The notes below the pieces were generated by a model. That model was not told where the DNA came from. It saw nothing but the letters and a program-made list of their open reading frames with translations, and made no database searches. Positions 42,107-52,791 of a stretch of 64,000 nt of DNA are shown here, piece by piece (positions within the stretch are counted from its first letter, which is position 1; each line of letters begins with the position of its first letter). The translations under genes and the position numbers were made by a program. Source of the stretch: a bacterium (GTDB lineage: Bacteria; SM23-31); assembly GCA_965249485.1 (NCBI GenBank), contig OZ252239.1, forward strand, positions 1,856,001 to 1,920,000, in the 5' to 3' direction.

Positions 42107-43906
42107 TCACTTCATGATTGGTATTTTTATCGTAAATGTACTGCCCTCGTTCTCTTTAGAATCTACGGAGATCTCACCCCTAATGCTTTCAATGATACCG
42201 TAACTGACCCAAAGACCAAGTCCGGTTCCTTTCCCGATTTCTTTTGTCGTAAAAAACGGATCGAAAATTTTTTCCTTGATAAGTTTCGGTATACCTTTCC
42301 CGTTATCTCCGATTATTACTTGTATAGTTCCATTATTGATACCGGATGAAACAGTGACATTACCATTGTTCCGCGGAACGGCATCGATTGCATTAAGCAG
42401 AATATTGATGAAAACCTGTTGGACCTGATCTTCAGGGACATCGGCATCCGGCAGATTTTCACCAAGTTGTACATCAAAGCTGCACCCCTGTGCATATTTA
42501 TCGTATTTTATAATATCGAGTGCTTCAATAATAAGAGAATTGATATCGGTTTGCTTAATAACCATATCGGATGGTTGAGAAAAGGTAACAAGCTCATGAA
42601 TTAATTTACTGATCCTGTCAGTTTGTTTCTTAACAAGACTTAATTTTTCCTTTAAATTTTCATCCGTTTCGCTTCGAGACATTACCTGAATGAGCGAAGA
42701 AATCGAAGTCAGCGGATTACCGACTTCATGAGCAATGCCGGCTGCAAGCTGCCCGACGACCGAAAGTTTTTCAGAATGGCTCATCTACATGATGAGCTTC
42801 TTATATTCTGTGATATCACGTAGAATAGCCGAACTGCCAATCACAGTATCATTCTTGTCACGGACGAGAGAGCGCGTAAGGGATGTAACTATACGCTTGC
42901 CGTTTTTGGCTATCCGCTCCGCTTCATAATTCCTTATGGATCCTTCCTTCTTTAACTCGTCATCGATTTTATTGAGCTCTCCGGACTTGATTGCTTCCGG
43001 TGGAAGCAGCATCTGAAAATGATTCCCGACAGCTTCTTTTTTTGTGTATCCAAATATATTCTCGGCTCCTTTGTTCCACGATACGATATTGTCATTCAGA
43101 TCAAGGCCAACAATAGCATCAGCTGAATGATCGACAATTGACGATAAATACTTCTCCTGAGAGCGAATTTCTTGCTCCAGCTGGATTTTTTCAGTCAAGT
43201 CGTGATGGAGTGACGAAAAACCGATGATATTGTGTTTTGTATCCTTTAAGAGAGTTGAACTAATATTGACGATCAGTTTCTTACCGTCTTTTCGTATTCG
43301 TTCTGTTTTGTAATTTTTCAGAAACCCACTCCGTCTCAATATCATTTCAATATTATAGAGTTCTCCTTCGTCACGGTGCTCTTCCGGCACCAATACTTCA
43401 ATGGGTTTATTGATAATCTCATTTGCCTTGTACTGATACATTACCTCAGCACCTTTGTCCCATGAGCGGATATTAAAATTCTCATCAAGTCCAATCACTG
43501 CGTCGGGGGTACTGTCTGTCAAGGAAGAAAGGCTGAGATCCTTCAGCTCTAATTCCCGAAGGAAGGAGTCCGTTTTCTGCTCGAGTTGTTTCTCCTTAAA
43601 TATATTTGAGTAGAGTACCTGAGTTTTTATAAACAGATCGGTTATTTCTCTGAAATCAAGACAAAAAAGTTTTTCCTGGCCATGCATTCGGTCAAGCTGA
43701 CGGAGAATGACGGTTTGTCCGTGGAGAAATGCAAGCTGTGTCTCCAGAACATCAAGAATCGCATGGAGATGATTAGTAATGTTTTTCCTTGTATCCTTTA
43801 ACGAGAGCTCTTTATAATGTTTGGTCGATTTATGGACAAGTGACGACCACTCGTCAATAATATTTTCTCTGTTTTTTTTGAATGAAGCGATATTTTGCTT
43901 GTTCAT
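42107..43906 (-). pseudogene. PAS-PAS sensor histidine kinase interrupted by an in-frame TAG
   Basis: ..AAG CTC ATC ATG TAG ATG AGC CAT TCT GAA.. at 42785-42787 joins the PAS ORF and the HisKA/HATPase ORF in frame. Confidence 0.85.
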
Positions 43907-44057
43907 TTTTTTTGCGTAATTTATTGCAATCTACAGTTCTACATTTAATAACATTCAAAATTACACATATTTTGAAGTTTTGTCAATGGTGAATTGGTTG
44001 CTTAAGGTATGGTTTAATGTTGTGGTAGTTGTCTTAACATACTATTAAATGAGGTGT

Positions 44058-44462
44058 CTACGAATTATGCCCACTCTTGGTGATTGTATTTGTAATTGCA
44101 CACGAATCCTTCTTCCCGAACCATTTATACCGGTTCCGGGCAATTATGTCATAAATAAAGTCACAAAATGATTGAGGCAGAAGACCTAATAAAGTGATAA
44201 GTGAATAAGGTTCATGTAAAAAGTGCCCGATTCGGATTATTGCGGCAGATTTTATATAGATTGAATCATCTTCGACGAGAACCACAAATCGCGGACTCAC
44301 TTCTCGTATTCGTAAGCGATTGAGTATTTTCTGTGCAGGTTTCGATTCGGCGGCTAAAAAGTGAATTTTCACACCGCTATTGCTATCAATCAACCTTACT
44401 ATTCCATTGCATAAATTACATTGTTCGTCGAAAATCAGTGTCGGTCTATTTATTGTTTCCAT
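44058..44462 (-). CDS. DCC-family thiol-disulfide oxidoreductase
   Basis: FDEQCNLC, YDIIARNRYKWFG. Confidence 0.9.
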   Translation of the reverse strand: METINRPTLIFDEQCNLCNGIVRLIDSNSGVKIHFLAAESKPAQKILNRLRIREVSPRFVVLVEDDSIYIKSAAIIRIGHFLHEPYSLITLLGLLPQSFCDFIYDIIARNRYKWFGKKDSCAITNTITKSGHNS

Positions 44463-44696
44463 AACGACTCAGCAATATCATCAAATGTGGCTGGATACTT
44501 GTCCGATCAGTTGACAGCGGTGCATGTAACGTGAAATAATCAGACTTCCTCTGTGAAAATTACAAACGTGCTAAATGAAATAGTATTAGATTTCGCTTGT
44601 AGTACTTAAACCGAATAGAGCGGTGATTGGTTCACACTGTTCATGGAATCAATTTATAAGGTGGTTGAGAGAATGTGAAAATATAATATAGAGTGG

Positions 44697-45770
44697 TCAT
44701 GATTTTGTACGAATTGATATCGGCAGTCCGGTTACTTGTACTTCATATGATGTGTCATCAGCACTTTGTGCAAAAAGCAGCAGCCCTTCCCGGTTATACT
44801 GTTTTTTAACATAAGCCAGACCGATCAACTGCTTGAGTAGGGGAGAATATGCGGTGGATGTGAGGTCACCGGCAGTTTTACTATCAGATGTGATAAGTTT
44901 GCATGGTGTGCCTGGAACCCGATCGGACGAAATGACAACGCCGCACAGATGTTTCTGCACTTTGGCATACGTATCGAGACGGGCAATGACTTCCTGTCCG
45001 ATATAGCACCCTTTGGTAAAGCTTACATCCGCAATAATTCCTGCTTCATGAGGATTAAACAAATCATTCAGTTCATTCGGTGCATCGGGGATGCCGTTAA
45101 TAATGCGGAATGCTGAATAGGCGCTCGTTCCGATTTGCCGGACGTTAAATTCCGCACAATATGTTTCGATATATTCGAGTAATTGGTGCCGGTGTATATT
45201 ATCGGTTAGTAGCAGAGTTCTTGGTTTCTCCGAAATCGGTTCTAATGCAATTAAAGTACATTGAACGGGACCAATAGAAAGGTCGATACAATTCATCGGC
45301 TCAGGCAGTGATGAAAACTCATTATTCAGTGATTGTAATAAGCGTATAGAATCCGGACCGATCACCTCAATAACGGTGTAGTTTTCGGTGTCGATTTTTG
45401 CCGTGACATCATCCATGATTATATATTTTTTGAGCCAATCTGCCAGAATTTCCTGATACACTTTGCTGCAAAGGGCAATGAGAGATTTTCGAAAATACAG
45501 CAGGGTAATGCGGTCAATGATTCGTCCGTTCTCGTTGGTTACAATTGTTCTCCGGACTTTTCCGGGGACGAGGTTTGTGACATCGTTTGTCGTAATTCTG
45601 TGGATAAAGTCGAGTGTATCCGCTCCAGTAAACTCGATTACACTCTGTGTGGTAACTTCACGGTATCCCACACCATTACAAAGTGCGTCATACTCTTGTT
45701 CAAGGGAGGTATAAATTTCTCTCTCGTGATTATTTTCGCCGGGGGTTTTTTTAATAGACTGCTTGTTCAT
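44697..45770 (-). CDS. YgfZ/GcvT-family folate-binding protein
   Basis: KGCYIGQE signature. Confidence 0.9.
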   Translation of the reverse strand: MNKQSIKKTPGENNHEREIYTSLEQEYDALCNGVGYREVTTQSVIEFTGADTLDFIHRITTNDVTNLVPGKVRRTIVTNENGRIIDRITLLYFRKSLIALCSKVYQEILADWLKKYIIMDDVTAKIDTENYTVIEVIGPDSIRLLQSLNNEFSSLPEPMNCIDLSIGPVQCTLIALEPISEKPRTLLLTDNIHRHQLLEYIETYCAEFNVRQIGTSAYSAFRIINGIPDAPNELNDLFNPHEAGIIADVSFTKGCYIGQEVIARLDTYAKVQKHLCGVVISSDRVPGTPCKLITSDSKTAGDLTSTAYSPLLKQLIGLAYVKKQYNREGLLLFAQSADDTSYEVQVTGLPISIRTKS

Positions 45771-45979
45771 GATTTGCTGGAGAGTGCGTCGTACATGTTA
45801 ATAATGGGTGAAAACTATTTATATCGGATTCTATGTGTGCTCGTGCTGTAATGAACTGTGCAGAATTTTCACTACTCATTTCAACCATCTATTTCATCCT
45901 TACCTTCGTGAGGATGTATTATGAGATATTCAAACTATTTTGGGTTCGTAATGGCAGCATTATAAAATTTTCGGAATTT

Positions 45980-46921
45980 TTAAAACTGCTGCCGCATAAG
46001 TCCCATGAGGATGAGCACGATTAAGAGCAGGATGGTTCCAACAGTAACAAGACCTTTTTTCTGCTCGGAATTACGTGCTTTAAAAACGGCGAATAGTGCC
46101 GCACCAGTCAGGACGAAAGCCATAATGAGCGAATGGGTTGCCATTGGATTTGCCCCAACAAACTTCCGCATGTCATCACCCGGAAGTGCAATAATAAACC
46201 AGACACCGATTGCCAAATTCATGAAGGTTGCATGATTGAACATCTTTCCGCCGAAATCGACTGCCCAGTTACGCCAATCCTTCGATCCTGCAGCTGACCG
46301 GACACCGATGTTTGCAAGCCATAATCCGGCTACGGCAAGTGATCCCAGCAGAACATGGAAAAACGCTGGATAGAATGCAGGATTCGACCAGCCGGGAAAA
46401 CCGCTCATGGTACCGCTGCTATAATCCTGCCAGACTTCAGGCCTGAGGAAGAGGCCCAAGTTCCACGAATAGATAATTCCTGCAATTATAAAGATTCCGG
46501 CAATGAGCCAGGCAAATGGTATGCTCGATTTTTCTCTGTTTTCGATCCGACCCTGCAGAAAAAAAGTACCGTACAGTCCCACTATGAGCAATACAATAAC
46601 GGTGAGAACGGGTGTTGCGGCAAGGAGACCGGTGACTGAAACAGCAGAACTGTACAACAGTTTAACAATCGCAACCGAAACAATTGCCGCAATGATTGTC
46701 AGCTTCACGATAAACGGCAAGCGTTCTGCAAGCGTTTTGCCTAAAAATGCCATATGCTCATTTTTTCTGCCCGCCAGGCTGCTGATACCGAGAAAGAGCG
46801 ACCCGCCCATCAAGAGGTTAACGGGTATCAGGTGCAGCATAAAGAGGCAGAGCAGAAGAATTTTAAGCGCGCCGAGCGAGTCGGGTAAATCTATAGCTGT
46901 AAGTGCTGATTGTCCATTCAT
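45980..46921 (-). CDS. Polytopic membrane protein with His-bearing helices, possibly a haem-binding redox partner
   Basis: About 8 TM helices; MLHLIPVNLLMG and FFHVLLGSLAVAG; directly follows the cytochrome c gene. Confidence 0.6.
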   Translation of the reverse strand: MNGQSALTAIDLPDSLGALKILLLCLFMLHLIPVNLLMGGSLFLGISSLAGRKNEHMAFLGKTLAERLPFIVKLTIIAAIVSVAIVKLLYSSAVSVTGLLAATPVLTVIVLLIVGLYGTFFLQGRIENREKSSIPFAWLIAGIFIIAGIIYSWNLGLFLRPEVWQDYSSGTMSGFPGWSNPAFYPAFFHVLLGSLAVAGLWLANIGVRSAAGSKDWRNWAVDFGGKMFNHATFMNLAIGVWFIIALPGDDMRKFVGANPMATHSLIMAFVLTGAALFAVFKARNSEQKKGLVTVGTILLLIVLILMGLMRQQF

Positions 46922-46938
46922 GATCTCTTAAAACCTTT

Positions 46939-47781
46939 CTAATTACTGTTTTCTTCCGCATACCAGGATTGAATGTAATCCGCAAGCTTGTTCAGATCCT
47001 CATCAGAACCGAACCACGGTACCATAAACCAGATCTGGTCGGGTAGAAAAACAACGAGGTCAATTATATCCTCATACGTTGCACCGTAAAATGAATCGTA
47101 AATTGGCTGAGTATCACCGTTAATCGTATGGCAGTAACCACACCGCTTGTCGAATATTTCCTTGCCTGTTTTCAGTGTCACCGATTGGTCGGATTGGCTG
47201 TGAAGGTAGCGTGCAAGCTCCCGCCGCTCGTCTTCCGTGCCGTCGAATGGTGACATTATCCACCGTGAATAATCGATCCGTTCAATAAATTCGAAGATAA
47301 ACTCCTCATCAAGTCCGGAAAACGGTGCACTGAGTCCGTTTTGTCCGATGATCGAGTGACACAACATACACGATGCCTCGAACACAGCTTTCCCGACTAG
47401 GAATTCCTCGGAATTTGCGCTTGAGTTACTGGCGGATTCTGAATCCGAATAAATTACAGCCTGTTTCGTAATAGGATTTTCTCTGAATTCGTATATATCC
47501 CCTCTACGGAGCGTGTCGAACATTGTAATGGTTATGAGTACAGTAAGAAAAAAAACGGATGATGCAAAAATAAAGAAATAAAGCTTGTTGTCGTAATAAA
47601 GGTGCATAAAGAAAAATGCAACAAACAGCGCTTTGATTGTGGCAATGAAAAGTGCAATGAATATATTGAAATTTCCGAGATCAATATACGATGCGCTGAC
47701 AGTGATAATAGTCAATAGGAGCAGGGCAATGCCGACAGTTAGATAGACCTTTAGAGGAATGACATGGGGTGTATTCTTCAC
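46939..47781 (-). CDS. Cytochrome c oxidase subunit IV (CtaF-like) domain fused to di-haem cytochrome c
   Basis: IATIKALFVAFFFMHL; CMLCH and CGYCH, each followed by a distal Met. Confidence 0.8.
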   Translation of the reverse strand: MKNTPHVIPLKVYLTVGIALLLLTIITVSASYIDLGNFNIFIALFIATIKALFVAFFFMHLYYDNKLYFFIFASSVFFLTVLITITMFDTLRRGDIYEFRENPITKQAVIYSDSESASNSSANSEEFLVGKAVFEASCMLCHSIIGQNGLSAPFSGLDEEFIFEFIERIDYSRWIMSPFDGTEDERRELARYLHSQSDQSVTLKTGKEIFDKRCGYCHTINGDTQPIYDSFYGATYEDIIDLVVFLPDQIWFMVPWFGSDEDLNKLADYIQSWYAEENSN

Positions 47782-47790
47782 TATAATCCT

Positions 47791-49173
47791 TTAATTTGTG
47801 TTCTTGAAAAATTCCCTTACCCGATTTGCAAGAAGCGCCGAATTTTTGATACAATCTCCGACTGAAATACCGCCCCTGTAATTTCCACCGAGGAAAATTC
47901 CGGGAGTGTTATTTTCACATTTCTGAAAATAGATATCGTGTTCGTTGTGATCTATTTCATATTGGGGGATGGCTTTATCCCATTTTTTCTGATGTATATA
48001 CACAGGTGATTCTGAAATCTTCATAATTTCGTGGAATTCTTCAAACACTTTCCTGTGGAGTTCACCGGTGTCCAGATCACAGAGTTCCGGTGAGCGTGCT
48101 CCCCCGATAAAAAGTGTGAATGATACTTGGTGCTCGTCAGCCCTGTTGGGAAACAGCGTAGAACTCCAGATTGCACCGAGATAATGCTTGTGCTCCTTTT
48201 CGGGTATCAGAAATCCGAAACCGTCCAATTCTCTCCCGACCGCATCCAGTCGATAGCCGCAATACATAACAATAACAGGCGGATAGTAAATTGAATTTAA
48301 ACGTTTCGATAGAGAAATATCAAGCTTTTGAAATATACCTGAGGCCGAATATGCCGGAATTGTTGAAACCACAACATCTGTATCAAGTTGTTTTGATTTA
48401 TTTTCATGGAAGAATGTCACTGAGAGTCGGTCGCTTTTTCTTTCGACCGACTTAGCACTTGCATTCAGGAGAATAGTGCCGGATAATTTTTCTGCAATCG
48501 CTTTCGGCAGTGTTTGCATCCCGTTTTTGAACGAGAACACTTTCGCAGACTGTTTTGACGTTTCTGGATTTTTCTTCCACTCTTTTGCCCCTTTAATCAT
48601 CCCCTTAATCAGGCCACCGTATTCCTCTTCCAGTCGGTAGAGTCTCGGAAATGCAGATTTAACACTCAGTTTTTCCGGATCACCGGCAAACACACCCGCA
48701 ACAAAGGGATTAATTGCATAGTCGAGAAACTCGCTTCCGAGTCGGCGCCGGACAAATTCGGCGATACTTTGTTTAAAGCCGTCTTCGGATTTCCCGATAA
48801 ACGGTTCGGCAAGCAATCTCATTTTTGCAAAAGGAGAAAAAAGTCCGGTCATCAAAAACGAGACCGGATTCATCGGAAGTGCATAGAGTCGATCATTCCT
48901 GAGGATATACCGCTTATTGCTATGTTCATTGGCATAAATCATCTGATTGGCAATGCCGGTTTCTTCTGCAAGAGTACGGATAAGCGGTGTCGTTTCAAGC
49001 CCACTGTTGGGGCCCCGGTCGAAAAGACGGGACTCAAAAAGAACAGAATCCATTGTTCCACCGACATCGTCGGCTTTTTCGAGGACAGTGCAATCGATTC
49101 CCTCTTTGGCTAACCAATAAGCAGTAGCCAGACCGGAAATACCGGCACCAAGAATAACAGCTTTTTTATTCAC
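47791..49173 (-). CDS. hemY: Protoporphyrinogen/coproporphyrinogen oxidase (FAD, HemY type)
   Basis: GAGISG, GPNS, GFGFL, AIPQY, GGNYRGGISVGDC. Confidence 0.9.
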   Translation of the reverse strand: MNKKAVILGAGISGLATAYWLAKEGIDCTVLEKADDVGGTMDSVLFESRLFDRGPNSGLETTPLIRTLAEETGIANQMIYANEHSNKRYILRNDRLYALPMNPVSFLMTGLFSPFAKMRLLAEPFIGKSEDGFKQSIAEFVRRRLGSEFLDYAINPFVAGVFAGDPEKLSVKSAFPRLYRLEEEYGGLIKGMIKGAKEWKKNPETSKQSAKVFSFKNGMQTLPKAIAEKLSGTILLNASAKSVERKSDRLSVTFFHENKSKQLDTDVVVSTIPAYSASGIFQKLDISLSKRLNSIYYPPVIVMYCGYRLDAVGRELDGFGFLIPEKEHKHYLGAIWSSTLFPNRADEHQVSFTLFIGGARSPELCDLDTGELHRKVFEEFHEIMKISESPVYIHQKKWDKAIPQYEIDHNEHDIYFQKCENNTPGIFLGGNYRGGISVGDCIKNSALLANRVREFFKNTN

Positions 49174-49198
49174 GCTTCTTCTGATTTGATATGTATTA

Positions 49199-50164
49199 TT
49201 AGGATAATTTTTCAGTTACCATATCGCAAAGTGCCGAAACAAATAGTTCGGAATCATTCAACCCTTTCATCACGATATAGTTTTCGATTCCCACCTCATC
49301 GGCTACATGACGGTACTCAATGTCAAGTTCAAAAAGCGTTTCGATATGGTCCGACACGAAACTGATAGGTATAACAAGAAGGTGTTTCTTGCCTGAGTCG
49401 GACAAATCCCTGATCATGTCATCGGTTGCTGGTTCAAGCCACTTTTCCAGGCCGACTTTGCTCTGGTAACAGAGTGAATGATTAAGATCATGCTTCCGAA
49501 ATTCCACGACAGCATTGACCGTCTCTTCAATGTGTCCTTTATACGGATCACCTGCTTTAACAAATTTGACCGGTATTCCGTGTGCGCTGAACACGAGATG
49601 AACATCTTTTCTGATTTGTTCGGGAAACTTTTCGAGTGTCTCATCTATCCTCTGATTGACTGCTGCAATATAACCGGGATTCTTGAAATAATCATTAACA
49701 GTAATCACTTCCGCCTTGTTATCAGTATAGAACTTATCCCATTCTGCTAGCGATGATCCGGTTGTTGCACGGGAGTAGTGTGGATAGAGGGGCAGAAGGA
49801 TGATCTGCGAATATTCGGTCTGCTTAATCCTGTCAACTGCTTCTTCGGTAAACGGTTTCCAATAGCGCATTGCTGTGAATACATCAACCGTTGTATCCTG
49901 TTCCCGCAACCTGTCTTCAAGCATCGAACGCTGCTTTTCCGTCCAGTACATGAGTGGTGATTTACCACCGATTTTCATGTATTGTTCACGGACACTCGGT
50001 GACCGTCTATTCGCTATATATCGGGCAAGCGGTTTCTGAATCAGAAATCCCAATGGAATTGATATGATAAACGGATCGTTGAACAAGTTAAATAAAAACG
50101 GCTGGACTGCATCTATAGAGTCAGGTCCGCCCAAATTGAGCAATACAACAGCTTTTCGTGGCAT
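49199..50164 (-). CDS. hemH: Ferrochelatase
   Basis: LNLGGP, LPLYPHYS, FSAHG, SDHIETL. Confidence 0.95.
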   Translation of the reverse strand: MPRKAVVLLNLGGPDSIDAVQPFLFNLFNDPFIISIPLGFLIQKPLARYIANRRSPSVREQYMKIGGKSPLMYWTEKQRSMLEDRLREQDTTVDVFTAMRYWKPFTEEAVDRIKQTEYSQIILLPLYPHYSRATTGSSLAEWDKFYTDNKAEVITVNDYFKNPGYIAAVNQRIDETLEKFPEQIRKDVHLVFSAHGIPVKFVKAGDPYKGHIEETVNAVVEFRKHDLNHSLCYQSKVGLEKWLEPATDDMIRDLSDSGKKHLLVIPISFVSDHIETLFELDIEYRHVADEVGIENYIVMKGLNDSELFVSALCDMVTEKLS

Positions 50165-50213
50165 ATATATAGTTGAGTTTAAATGTTTATTGAAAAAATT
50201 GTATAATGAGTAA

Positions 50214-51590
50214 TTAAACCGTTCTGGAATACTGTGCTGAATCGACCTTGCGCTCAATGTAGCCATCAAAGTTCATAGAAATATTTCGTATGAGGAGCTT
50301 TCCTGTTTCAGTGACATTTATTCCGCCATCGTGAAACTCCACAAGTCCGTCATCGACCATCTCTTTCAGATTTTCTAAACCCCACGCAAAATAGTCCTGG
50401 AATGCAATCCCGAACTCCTCTTCAATATTGGCATATCGCAGCTCGAAATGGCACATTAAATTCATAACTACTTTCCTTCTGATGATGTCGTCTTCATTCA
50501 GTTTGAAACCCCGCGCAACCGGAAGTTTTTCTCTGTCAATATCTGCGAAGTAATCTTTTTCCTTTTTGTGGTTTTGGGAATATGCATTTGGAAACTGGCT
50601 GATACTCGTGATACCCATTGCGTAGAGATCGGCTCCTGCATGGGTGCTGTATCCCTGAAAATTCCGGTATAATTTTTTTTCACTAAGGGCAACCGCAAGC
50701 TCATCATCGGGTTTCGCAAAGTGATCCATTCCGATAAACACATAGCCCGAGTCTGTCAGTTTTTCAATCGTCATCTTCAGGATTTCCAACTTCGATTCGG
50801 GCAACGGCAGATCGTCCTCATTGATGACAGTTTGGTGCTTCTTCATCCACGGTACGTGAGCATAGTTAAATACCGCAATTCGTTCCGGTGAAATGTCGAT
50901 GACTCTATCCACCGTTTTTTCAAACGATTCGAGCTTCTGAAAAGGGAGTCCGTAAATTAGATCAATATTCATACTCAAAAAACCGAGTTCACGCACCCAG
51001 TCACACACTTGACGGGTCATGTCTTCGGGCTGAATTCTATTGATCGTTTTTTGCACCTTTTCGTCAAAATCCTGCACACCCATACTGATCCGGTTGAATC
51101 CGCCATTCCGCAAAGCCTCAAGGTGTGCACGGGAGAGTAATCTCGGATCAATTTCGCACCCAATTTCGGCATTGTCAGTATAGTCAAAATGGCTGTTGAT
51201 ATGCGAAATGAGGTCGGCGATTTCATCAGGATTCAGATGAGTTGGTGTGCCGCCTCCCCAGTGGAGCTGTTCTACTTTCCGACCGGAACGGATTAATCCG
51301 CTGTACATATCGATTTCACGTTTCAGATAATCGCAGTATTGTGCAATCCTGTCCCGATTCTGAGTGACAATCATATTACATCCGCAGAAATAGCAAAGTG
51401 TGTCGCAAAACGGGAGATGGAAATAGAGGGAAAGGTCCGGTGCACTTTCACTTCTGTTTGTCCGCTCGATCTCCTGCATAAGATCGGTGTCGGTGAATGC
51501 TTCATTAAACTGTGGTGCGGTCGGGTAACTTGTGTACCGTGGTCCCGGTCTGTCGTATTTTTTAAGCTTATCTATATCTACGTGATACAT
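50214..51590 (-). CDS. hemN: Oxygen-independent coproporphyrinogen III oxidase
   Basis: YDRPGPRYTSYPTA, CDTLCYFCGC radical-SAM motif, RNFQGY. Confidence 0.95.
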   Translation of the reverse strand: MYHVDIDKLKKYDRPGPRYTSYPTAPQFNEAFTDTDLMQEIERTNRSESAPDLSLYFHLPFCDTLCYFCGCNMIVTQNRDRIAQYCDYLKREIDMYSGLIRSGRKVEQLHWGGGTPTHLNPDEIADLISHINSHFDYTDNAEIGCEIDPRLLSRAHLEALRNGGFNRISMGVQDFDEKVQKTINRIQPEDMTRQVCDWVRELGFLSMNIDLIYGLPFQKLESFEKTVDRVIDISPERIAVFNYAHVPWMKKHQTVINEDDLPLPESKLEILKMTIEKLTDSGYVFIGMDHFAKPDDELAVALSEKKLYRNFQGYSTHAGADLYAMGITSISQFPNAYSQNHKKEKDYFADIDREKLPVARGFKLNEDDIIRRKVVMNLMCHFELRYANIEEEFGIAFQDYFAWGLENLKEMVDDGLVEFHDGGINVTETGKLLIRNISMNFDGYIERKVDSAQYSRTV

Positions 51591-51617
51591 CAAATATTGT
51601 CACACATTTAATGTTGG

Positions 51618-52679
51618 TTATGCTGTCACACCTTGATGGTATTGAATACTTTCTTTCTTGACAGCGTTGACAAGCGCCCGAGTATGGTCAGGGTTGATGT
51701 CCGGAAGAATTCCATGACCCAGATTGAAAATATGACCATCACCACTTCCATACGAATCGAGTACCCGGACAACTTCGCGTTTAATGATGTCCGGTTGAGC
51801 ATATAAAACACATGGATCGAGATTACCCTGAAGCGCGACACGACTGCCGATTTGTTGACGGATGTCGCCGATATCGATCATCCAATCGAGACCGATCACA
51901 TCGGCTCCCGATGAGGAAAGTTCATCAAAACTGTGGTGTACACCTTTTGCAAAAATGATAACCGGCTGTCCATTTCGTTTAATAAGTTGTAAGGTCTCAA
52001 TCATGAATTTAAGCGAAAATTCCTTGAATTCATCTGGCGCAAGTATACCCCCCCATGAATCGAAAATCTGAAGTGCATCGGCTCCTGCTTCCAGCTGTGC
52101 ACTGAGGTAATCACCCACAATCTTTGCGAGTCGTGACAGCAGATCCTGTGCTAAGTCGGGATTGTCGTATATTAGTTTTTTAACCTGTCCGAAATTTTTC
52201 GATCCGCCCCCTTCGACCATATAGCACAGAAGCGTCCAGGGAGAACCGCTGAAACCGATAATCGGAACACGGCCGTTCAGTTCATGCTTGACAGTGCTGA
52301 TTGCACCCATCACGTACCGGAGATCGTCAAGTGGGTCAACCGGATGAAGCCTCCCGGCATCTTCGGCATTTCGAATCGGATCGGCGAGGACTGGTCCAAT
52401 TCCTTCGGTAAATGTCAGTTCCATTCCCATCGCTTCGGGGATGACTAGTATATCAGAAAATATGATAGCGGCGTCGACGCCGATAAGGTCGACCGGCTGA
52501 AGTGTTACTTCAGCGGCAAGCTCTGGTGTTTTACACATGGTAAGAAAATCGGCTTGCGCTCTCACCTGCCGATATTCGGGTAAATATCTGCCTGCCTGCC
52601 GCATAATCCAGACAGGTGTGCGCTCGACAGGCTGCCGTTTGCATGCTCGAATAAATAAACTGTCTTCACTTCGCGTCAC
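51618..52679 (-). CDS. hemE: Uroporphyrinogen decarboxylase
   Basis: PVWIMRQAGRYLPEY, FSDIL, NLGHG. Confidence 0.97.
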   Translation of the reverse strand: MTRSEDSLFIRACKRQPVERTPVWIMRQAGRYLPEYRQVRAQADFLTMCKTPELAAEVTLQPVDLIGVDAAIIFSDILVIPEAMGMELTFTEGIGPVLADPIRNAEDAGRLHPVDPLDDLRYVMGAISTVKHELNGRVPIIGFSGSPWTLLCYMVEGGGSKNFGQVKKLIYDNPDLAQDLLSRLAKIVGDYLSAQLEAGADALQIFDSWGGILAPDEFKEFSLKFMIETLQLIKRNGQPVIIFAKGVHHSFDELSSSGADVIGLDWMIDIGDIRQQIGSRVALQGNLDPCVLYAQPDIIKREVVRVLDSYGSGDGHIFNLGHGILPDINPDHTRALVNAVKKESIQYHQGVTA

Positions 52680-52791
52680 TCATAAGCTCCGGATTCATGA
52701 AATTATTATATTTAAAAATATAAGGTTTGTTCTATTAAAAAGGAAGGACTTTTTGGTAGAACAAGGAAGGCAGTTATTTTGTAGAGGTTTG

